IMG/VR virus record: IMGVR_UViG_3300023284_002577
Span: 1 to 37,128 of that record
DNA length: 37,128 bases
Reading direction: 5' to 3' (one strand)
DNA from: a virus
Shown in pieces: positions 32,089 to 37,128 of the stretch. Made by a program: the position numbers and the translations under genes. Every line of letters begins with the position of its first letter. The first letter of the stretch is position 1. The notes under the pieces are model-generated. The model did not search any database and was not told the origin of the DNA. It saw nothing but the letters and a program-made list of their open reading frames with translations.

Positions 32089-32247
32089 ATGCACGAATAT
32101 AATCAAATAGAAGAACTGCGTAGATATGAAGAAGGGTGTAGGCAATGGAAACACGATCTGTTAAGAGAAAGCTGCCTTTATTATTCTCTTTCTTCCCCTA
32201 AACATCCAAAATCATTTATTCGTCGCCTTTTTTCTTTCCTATTTTAG
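32089..32247 (+). CDS. Possible 52-aa ORF downstream of the attenuator
   Basis: GGAG lies 4 nt before the ATG at 32089. Translation MHEYNQIEELRRYEEGCRQWKHDLLRESCLYYSLSSPKHPKSFIRRLFSFLF. Its 3' end overlaps the convergent gene by 32 nt. Confidence 0.3.
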   Translation: MHEYNQIEELRRYEEGCRQWKHDLLRESCLYYSLSSPKHPKSFIRRLFSFLF

Positions 32248-32518
32248 GGGGAGCCTTCCGACCCGTTAAAACTGGCCGATACCAAATAAAATGAAATCTC
32301 TGTCCTATCGAGAAATCTAGCATTCCTTCTGTTTTTCCTTCTCTAATCGCATCATGCAGCTCATCGACTAATTTACTCTTCGCATAGGTGTCCCAGACAG
32401 CAAAGGGAATATCTATCTGCCATGCACGCTCAAATCCGTCTTTTAAAGGCTTCTTGGTGGTGGAAAGGATTAAGTACCCCTCTTTGTCGATGAGGTACCA
32501 TTTTTTGTGGTTTTTCAT
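32216..32518 (-). CDS. Hypothetical protein (isolated leftward gene)
   Basis: 100-aa ORF with a GGGGG SD and a basic C-terminal tail. No recognisable motif. Confidence 0.6.
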   Translation of the reverse strand: MKNHKKWYLIDKEGYLILSTTKKPLKDGFERAWQIDIPFAVWDTYAKSKLVDELHDAIREGKTEGMLDFSIGQRFHFIWYRPVLTGRKAPPKIGKKKGDE

Positions 32519-32628
32519 CCCCCATTTTAAGAGATCTCTTACAGAATGTATAGGATTTGGCTTATATTATTTCTGTTTTGTTTGGCTATACTTTGAGGGT
32601 GTTTAATTAATTGAGGAGGGCGCAGCCC

Positions 32629-32790
32629 ATGACTGAGAACGAAAAATGTATTTATAAGATAGGCTTTAAGGATGCCCTTGTTAGATTATACGAGGTACGC
32701 GGCGTCGCGGAACGGGCGCCCAATTTAGTTAAATTTTCAGAAGAAAAATCTGAAGAAGGTATTAAAATGCTAGAGGGGAAAGGACTATGA
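32629..32790 (+). CDS. Mini-gene array member 1 (subtype A, 53 aa), absent from the ORF track
   Basis: MTENEKCIYKIGFKDALVRLYE...; SD GGAGG followed by the hairpin GGGC-GCA-GCCC. ATGA junction to the next gene. Confidence 0.6.
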   Translation: MTENEKCIYKIGFKDALVRLYEVRGVAERAPNLVKFSEEKSEEGIKMLEGKGL

Positions 32791-32960
32791 CTCACAAAGA
32801 AGATTATTTAGACGGATATATGCAAGGCGCTTTAGATGCTTACGGTTGTTGTTGTAATATAAGGGAGGGAGAGGATTTTTTTCCTATTCCAGAAGCCCTC
32901 AGGTTAAGAAACCAAGAAGAAAAAAGAATAAAAAAATATGAGGAGAACCAAGATGATTGA
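32787..32960 (+). CDS. Mini-gene array member 2 (subtype B, 57 aa), absent from the ORF track
   Basis: MTHKEDYLDGYMQGALDAYGCCCN...ENQDD. Confidence 0.6.
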   Translation: MTHKEDYLDGYMQGALDAYGCCCNIREGEDFFPIPEALRLRNQEEKRIKKYEENQDD

Positions 32961-33120
32961 TTACGAAAAAATGTTATATAAAAGAGGATTTAAAGATGGA
33001 ATCATAGAATTTCTGGAAGCCGACTGCAACGTAAAAAATATAAATATATGGGTCGATAAAAAATGCCAAGAGAACATAGAGGAATTAGAGGGAATAGAAA
33101 GGAGGACGCAAGATGACTGA
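32953..33120 (+). CDS. Mini-gene array member 3 (subtype A, 55 aa)
   Basis: MIDYEKMLYKRGFKDGIIEFLE...RRTQDD. Start at 32953 (GAGGAG SD) rather than 32938. Confidence 0.65.
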   Translation: MIDYEKMLYKRGFKDGIIEFLEADCNVKNINIWVDKKCQENIEELEGIERRTQDD

Positions 33121-33298
33121 TAAAAAATATTATTCCGAAAAAAGTTACTGGGATGGATACGAACAGGGAGCCGAGGACGCATTTAATCACGCTAAAGCAC
33201 AAACGGAAGCGGTTCTAAATGATTTTTATTTAACATCGGATATAAGTATGTTGGCTTATAGATTAACAGATTCTAAAAGAGGAGATGTAAATGACTAA
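33113..33298 (+). CDS. Mini-gene array member 4 (subtype B, 61 aa)
   Basis: MTDKKYYSEKSYWDGYEQGAEDAF...; ATGACTGA overlap. Confidence 0.65.
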   Translation: MTDKKYYSEKSYWDGYEQGAEDAFNHAKAQTEAVLNDFYLTSDISMLAYRLTDSKRGDVND

Positions 33299-33461
33299 AA
33301 GAGACGAGTATGTATATAAAATAGCATTTAGAGATGGAATTTTGGTATCTATGAAATTTCTCGAGGGGCTAGAGGACCCACACATGGATATCCGAGAATT
33401 TGTAAATAACCACTGCACTAAAATGATGGCGGAATTTGAAAAGGAGAACAAAGATGACTGA
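33291..33461 (+). CDS. Mini-gene array member 5 (subtype A, 56 aa), absent from the ORF track
   Basis: MTKRDEYVYKIAFRDGILVSMKFLE...KENKDD; ATGACTAA overlap. Confidence 0.6.
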   Translation: MTKRDEYVYKIAFRDGILVSMKFLEGLEDPHMDIREFVNNHCTKMMAEFEKENKDD

Positions 33462-33624
33462 AAGCGAAACAGAAAAATATTTAGCTGGCTATCTGCAGGG
33501 TGCGATGGACGCGGGAATTAAAATACAAGATGCGAATATTGGGCTTAGAATCATGCATGTATATTCTATAGTAACTGACTTGATAGAGAAGAAAGACCAC
33601 GAGGTGAGGAACGAACATGACTGA
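33454..33624 (+). CDS. Mini-gene array member 6 (subtype B, 56 aa)
   Basis: MTESETEKYLAGYLQGAMDAG...; ATGACTGA overlap. The ORF-track start at 33436 is judged too early. Confidence 0.65.
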   Translation: MTESETEKYLAGYLQGAMDAGIKIQDANIGLRIMHVYSIVTDLIEKKDHEVRNEHD

Positions 33625-33802
33625 CCACGAACAAGAAATATATATGAAAGGATATGCAAGAGCCTTGGACACAGATTTTGAATTACTCTTTTTAAAAGGG
33701 TTTCAAAGTGCATCCATTTTAAGGGACTTTAAAGAAAAGCGCTTAATAAATGAAATAGAAAGATTAAATTTAAATAAACCAGAGGTAAAGGATGATGACT
33801 AA
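33617..33802 (+). CDS. Mini-gene array member 7 (subtype B-like, 61 aa)
   Basis: MTDHEQEIYMKGYARALDTDF...; ATGACTGA overlap. Confidence 0.65.
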   Translation: MTDHEQEIYMKGYARALDTDFELLFLKGFQSASILRDFKEKRLINEIERLNLNKPEVKDDD

Positions 33803-34037
33803 TTTAAAAATAGAATGGGATAAATTGGAACTATTAAATAGGAGGGATACCATGCTTATTGACAAAAAAATAGTGGATTTAGATAATTTGACTTATGAGA
33901 TATCTGTGTTACTAGAGAAAAGGATGGGCGTGGAAGAAGGAGACTTGCTAGAACTCAACGATTTAAGTGGCCAACTGGTAGATAAGTTTGATAAGTTTGT
34001 GCATGGGATTGAAAATAAGAGGAAAGATAATGAATGA
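33792..34037 (+). CDS. Hypothetical helical protein ending ENKRKDNE
   Basis: 81 aa; alternative start at 33795 gives an ATGACTAA junction. The C-terminus and following junction are duplicated at the next gene. Confidence 0.65.
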   Translation: MMTNLKIEWDKLELLNRRDTMLIDKKIVDLDNLTYEISVLLEKRMGVEEGDLLELNDLSGQLVDKFDKFVHGIENKRKDNE

Positions 34038-34245
34038 AGAAACTGTTAGCCCAGTCCGTCATCGATTTGAGGAAGCTTCTAGTCAGTATTATATTCTGTT
34101 TAAGGAATTGGATATCTTAAACGAGCTTTCCCTTTTCGTGAATCAAGGTTACTTAACTACCAGGCGAGAATTATTTAACCTTCTTAATGGGGAAGTGCGA
34201 GCTATTATTGAACACTATGAAAATAAGAGGAAAGATAATGAATAA
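34030..34245 (+). CDS. Hypothetical helical protein ending ENKRKDNE
   Basis: Start at MNEETV (ATG 34030, ATGAATGA overlap). Shares the 25-nt repeat GAAAATAAGAGGAAAGATAATGAAT. Confidence 0.6.
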   Translation: MNEETVSPVRHRFEEASSQYYILFKELDILNELSLFVNQGYLTTRRELFNLLNGEVRAIIEHYENKRKDNE

Positions 34246-34483
34246 AAATTCTGAAATATTTAGACAAGCGCGTAGGGATTTTGCCGTAGGCATGCGTGCT
34301 TTTGGAGATTTATTTCACTCTTTACTTCTTCTTTCTTTTGAAAAAAATATTCACTTTAAAGATGACTTCCAGATTCTAAAGTCGGAACATAATAAAATTG
34401 AAGAGAACTTGTGGGATTTGATACAAACATTTGAGATATCTCTTACAGCATCTGACGGCGATAGCCAGCCGCTAGTAAATTAA
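34238..34483 (+). CDS. Hypothetical protein
   Basis: Start at MNKNSE (ATG 34238, ATGAATAA overlap). Confidence 0.6.
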   Translation: MNKNSEIFRQARRDFAVGMRAFGDLFHSLLLLSFEKNIHFKDDFQILKSEHNKIEENLWDLIQTFEISLTASDGDSQPLVN

Positions 34484-34533
34484 CTCCCGTGGTCTATACT
34501 GGATATATGTTAATAAAAAGGAGGGCGAAGCCC

Positions 34534-34695
34534 ATGATGGATCTAAATGAAATTCAAAGGAATATAGAAAATAGTGGCATTGTTAAAGAGATTGATAAAT
34601 TTCGAATAATGCTTAAACATTTTAAAGAATATATTGATAAGAAAGATCAAGATCTTATCGTGATGAGAAGTGAAGTTGAAGGAGAAAGGAAATGA
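34534..34695 (+). CDS. Small hypothetical protein (53 aa)
   Basis: The ATG at 34534 is preceded by GGAGGGCGAAGCCC, the same SD-hairpin leader as at 32615. Confidence 0.55.
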   Translation: MMDLNEIQRNIENSGIVKEIDKFRIMLKHFKEYIDKKDQDLIVMRSEVEGERK

Positions 34696-34985
34696 ATGAG
34701 AAATTTGATATTGAAAAATTGTTAAATAATTATTTTTCCGATGGAAATAATTATAGGAATGATGCGACCAGCGCAAAAGCTACCTTAGACATCTGGAATG
34801 ACACGCACGAAGTTCCTTCGCCAGAAGAACTGATAAGATGTGATCATGTTCTTAGAACGGAGATTACCACCTATATTAAAGAAGAATATAAAACTTTTTA
34901 TTTTGAAAAGATGAGTAAACTACACCGCCAATGTTGGATAGAATTGTGTAAATATGCTCAAAAAAAGGAGAATGAAAATGAATAA
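34692..34985 (+). CDS. Hypothetical protein
   Basis: 97-aa ORF with an ATGA overlap. Confidence 0.6.
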   Translation: MNEKFDIEKLLNNYFSDGNNYRNDATSAKATLDIWNDTHEVPSPEELIRCDHVLRTEITTYIKEEYKTFYFEKMSKLHRQCWIELCKYAQKKENENE

Positions 34986-35160
34986 AGAGAATTGGAAATA
35001 TTTAGACGCGTTTTCTAAAGGAGTAATAGCCGCTTCTTATCAATTATGGCTTAAGGGGGAGGGAAATCAATATCTTACTTCGTCGCTTACTAACGCGGTA
35101 GAAGTTTGCATGCATGAAGCTATAATTGTAGCTGACAGGGAGAATACAGATGATACTTAA
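34978..35160 (+). CDS. Small hypothetical protein (60 aa)
   Basis: ATG at 34978, 7 nt after AAGGAG; ATGAATAA overlap with the upstream stop. Confidence 0.55.
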   Translation: MNKENWKYLDAFSKGVIAASYQLWLKGEGNQYLTSSLTNAVEVCMHEAIIVADRENTDDT

Positions 35161-35554
35161 TACTCAAAACGTTAAAAATACTCTAGAGAAATGGATGCAA
35201 GATAGAAAGATTGAGGATTGGGCAGACATAGATAATTTTGATACGCTCGAACTCGCTGCTCATTTAATTTTAGATAATCCAGAATTGCTACGAGAACTAG
35301 GCATGGAATTTAGAGAACCTCTTTCTACAAGTTTAGGAAAAATGATTCTTTATCCGCATAATGAATTAAATAAAGAAGATTTTTTATTAACACTGTATGG
35401 AGATGTGATTGTTGAAGTTGAAGAATATCTGATGGATGTTTTTAAACAACTCAAAGAAGAAATGTCGGTTGATGAAACGGCTTCGCATTATGTTGATGAA
35501 GAATGGATGCTTGATTCTTATCATCGTGCTGAAGATATGAGGCTCACACGATGA
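35150..35554 (+). CDS. Strongly acidic hypothetical protein
   Basis: 134 aa with 31 Asp+Glu by direct count. Confidence 0.6.
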   Translation: MILNTQNVKNTLEKWMQDRKIEDWADIDNFDTLELAAHLILDNPELLRELGMEFREPLSTSLGKMILYPHNELNKEDFLLTLYGDVIVEVEEYLMDVFKQLKEEMSVDETASHYVDEEWMLDSYHRAEDMRLTR

Positions 35555-35736
35555 TGGAAATAATATACGATATAGGAAAATTTATAATAGGGATTGGGGT
35601 GGTGATTTTGTGTGGGTATGCGATCATCGTGGTAATTTTGATTTTATATAAGCTTCGCCATTTACCCTTTGAATTCATAAAATTGATTTTAGATGATGAT
35701 GATGAAGACCCTTTTCACGACGATTATATTAAATAA
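35551..35736 (+). CDS. Small membrane protein with a poly-acidic tail
   Basis: Hydrophobic IGKFIIGIGVVILCGYAIIVVILILY, then DDDDEDPFHDD. Confidence 0.55.
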   Translation: MMEIIYDIGKFIIGIGVVILCGYAIIVVILILYKLRHLPFEFIKLILDDDDEDPFHDDYIK

Positions 35737-35743
35737 GGAAAAT

Positions 35744-35899
35744 ATGATGGGAATTTTAGGACACATGTTATTTATACTATCTTTAACCCTGGGAGCACTC
35801 TTATTCATTTGCTGGGTGTTGTTAATGATTTACCTTGTTATTTTATATTTTTATATTGTTATTAAGATGACGATTGAACTAATAATGGAGAGGAAATGA
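35744..35899 (+). CDS. Small membrane protein (51 aa)
   Basis: ATG at 35744 after AAGGAA. Translation MMGILGHMLFILSLTLGALLFICWVLLMIYLVILYFYIVIK... Confidence 0.5.
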   Translation: MMGILGHMLFILSLTLGALLFICWVLLMIYLVILYFYIVIKMTIELIMERK

Positions 35900-36108
35900 A
35901 AAATAAATTTATTTGGATAGCGATTGTGTGGATTTCTGTTTTTATAATAGGAGAAGTGGTTGGCGCCATAACTGGTATGTGTGTAGGTCTGTCTTTTTCT
36001 ACTAGTGTTTCTCGAGGGGCGGAGGCAACTATAGGCCCCCTTTGTATAGGTGCTCTGTTCTCGACAGGATGTGCGATTATAGAAGATTGGTGGAGGGAGA
36101 AGCCATGA
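35896..36108 (+). CDS. Small membrane protein (2 TM)
   Basis: 70 aa with an ATGA overlap and two hydrophobic segments. Confidence 0.55.
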   Translation: MKNKFIWIAIVWISVFIIGEVVGAITGMCVGLSFSTSVSRGAEATIGPLCIGALFSTGCAIIEDWWREKP

Positions 36109-36194
36109 AAGAAATGTGTTTAGAAATGTTAGGAGGCATCTGTATGATCGGCTGCTGTGTGTCTATCATAGGGATTCTGTACTTCATTGCTTGA
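36105..36194 (+). CDS. Mini membrane peptide (29 aa)
   Basis: ATGA overlap. Translation MKEMCLEMLGGICMIGCCVSIIGILYFIA. Confidence 0.35.
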   Translation: MKEMCLEMLGGICMIGCCVSIIGILYFIA

Positions 36195-36306
36195 CTCTCG
36201 CGAAGCCATGAGCTACTATTTCAACAACATGAGGAACTACTATGAAAGGTAAAAATCACAAACCTAAAGATCGTGGCAAGAAAAGAAAATAAACGTAAAT
36301 AAAAAG

Positions 36307-36326
36307 AAGCCCCTCAAAAGGGGCTT
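36307..36326. terminator. Bidirectional rho-independent terminator between convergent operons
   Basis: AAGCCCCT-CAAA-AGGGGCTT, an 8-bp stem, flanked by an A-run upstream and TTTC downstream. Confidence 0.7.
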
Positions 36327-36330
36327 TCAG

Positions 36331-36675
36331 TTATGGGGCGGTTCGAGCTTTTAGGAATACGTCTGCTTTTTCTTTGGCTGCCGCTAATTCTATTGCTAAT
36401 TCTGATGATTTTCGGGCTAATCTGTCCGCGGCTTTCATTTTTGCTTTCATTTTTGTTTTCCTTTTTTCTTTTTCTTTTGCTTCTGCCTCTGCTGCTACTT
36501 CTGCTTCTGCTTTTGATACTTCATTCCATGCGTATTCTGAGTCTGCTACTGCTTCTCTCCAGGGTTCCGAGGCTTTCAGGGTTTTGTGTTCGATTAAGTC
36601 TGCTATTGCGTTTAATTTTTCCCAGTTTTTATAGGCTTTGGATGCTTTTTCTCTTAAAATTTCTAGTTTAGTCAT
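36331..36675 (-). CDS. Hypothetical Ala/Glu/Lys-rich helical protein
   Basis: 114 aa with the leader AACAAAAGGATAAAATCATG. The Leu-rich antisense ORFs are judged to be artefacts. Confidence 0.6.
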   Translation of the reverse strand: MTKLEILREKASKAYKNWEKLNAIADLIEHKTLKASEPWREAVADSEYAWNEVSKAEAEVAAEAEAKEKEKRKTKMKAKMKAADRLARKSSELAIELAAAKEKADVFLKARTAP

Positions 36676-36679
36676 GATT

Positions 36680-36808
36680 TTATCCTTTTGTTGAGATTGT
36701 TGAAAAGTTATATCTTATTAATACTTCACCTTCTGATGCTTTTGCTGCCTTTTCTATCGCTTTGGCATGTGCTTCTAAGACTGCTAATTTTTCTTTGCTG
36801 ATTTTCAT
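36680..36808 (-). CDS. Small hypothetical protein (42 aa), absent from the ORF track
   Basis: MKISKEKLAVLEAHAKAIEKAAKASEGEVLIRYNFSTISTKG. Its leader AACAAAAGGATAAAATTATG nearly duplicates the leader of the next gene. Confidence 0.4.
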   Translation of the reverse strand: MKISKEKLAVLEAHAKAIEKAAKASEGEVLIRYNFSTISTKG

Positions 36809-36828
36809 AATTTTATCCTTTTGTTAAT

Positions 36829-37128
36829 TCAACCTTCTTCAGTTGCTTCAATCCCAGTGAGTTTTTGAGCTGCCCACAAAGTGGTGTAAAATTCGTCACT
36901 GTAGGGTTCTAATTCATCGGGTCTGGGCCATTCGATCGCGCCATCATTGATGACTATTCTATTTATGTATTGTTGTAGAGTTTTTTCATCAAGTTTTATA
37001 AAATCTTCGTATTTTGCATCAAGCGGCATATCGTAATATACATACACTTCAATGTCTTTGTAGATGCATTCGCGATAAAATTCGTAAGCAGTTTCTTCGC
37101 AATTTAAATCATCATCGGAATGGCACCA
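36829..37128 (-). CDS. Acidic 124-aa hypothetical protein, truncated by the window end (5' 75 nt are at 145..219)
   Basis: Same reading frame as the ORF starting at 219 once the 144-bp overlap is collapsed. Confidence 0.7.
   Translation of the reverse strand, partial: WCHSDDDLNCEETAYEFYRECIYKDIEVYVYYDMPLDAKYEDFIKLDEKTLQQYINRIVINDGAIEWPRPDELEPYSDEFYTTLWAAQKLTGIEATEEG
36985..37128. repeat. Terminal direct repeat, copy B (identical to 1..144)
   Basis: Exact 144-nt match to the window start. It lies inside an ORF, so it is not a non-coding physical end. Confidence 0.95.

Noticed and set aside
32600-34500. Periodic ~165-nt structure initially considered as a CRISPR-like or satellite repeat array
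   Set aside because: The periodicity comes from tandem protein-coding paralogues. Only the junctions and short motifs are conserved, with no repeat-spacer organisation. No CRISPR array exists anywhere in the window.
36333-36671. Leu-rich plus-strand ORFs (112 and 86 aa) antisense to 36331..36675
   Set aside because: They are low-complexity poly-Leu/Phe/Ser translations, the mirror image of an Ala/Glu/Lys-rich gene. The minus-strand ORF has a proper SD and operon context.
1-37128. Integrase, excisionase, CI-type repressor, ParA/ParB, DNA polymerase, primase/helicase, endolysin and canonical tRNA genes
   Set aside because: I looked for catalytic and Walker-type motifs in all listed ORFs and found none that I could support. 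Absence by eye is not proof and needs HMM searches.

Overview
The window is a complete dsDNA phage genome that closes on itself. Bases 1-144 recur exactly at 36985-37128, giving a 36,984-bp unit, and a minus-strand ORF reads through the junction. Layout: (i) A rightward late operon (233-20640) carries a P22-like podovirus morphogenesis module: small and large terminase, portal with a long C-terminal helical tail, gp10-like hub protein, scaffold, P22-type coat, T7 gp11-like adaptor, three Gln/Gly-rich ejection-type proteins of 199/468/594 aa, an 855-aa fibre/spike, a lipoprotein with a C-terminal TM segment, and a DUF559-like nuclease. (ii) A leftward, visibly AT-richer early block (20617-29282) carries RecT, a YqaJ exonuclease, a stand-alone T4-Pnk-phosphatase-like HAD protein, an HTH regulator, an HExxH protein and many small Cys4 zinc-ribbon proteins, several of them Lar-like. 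(iii) A plasmid-style replicon (29439-30655) has operator repeats, a Rep-like gene, three phased DnaA boxes and three iterons. (iv) A roughly 1.8-kb mostly non-coding stretch (30.5-32.6 kb) holds two tRNA-like elements with truncated anticodon loops, a 17-bp att-like duplication, a frameshifted transposase remnant and a candidate small RNA or attenuator. (v) A rightward block of tightly coupled mini-genes (32629-36194) includes a seven-member tandem paralogue array. (vi) A short leftward operon crosses the junction. No integrase, partition genes, CRISPR array, recognisable endolysin or canonical tRNA could be supported. The most unusual signals are: perfect DnaA-box pairs placed at a fixed distance upstream of two late promoters, the anticodon-less tRNA mimics, the tandem mini-gene arrays with a recurring ATGACTRA junction, the expanded Lar-like zinc-ribbon family, and four tandem paralogues directly after the coat gene. 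All homology calls rest on motif recognition by eye, since no searches were run.
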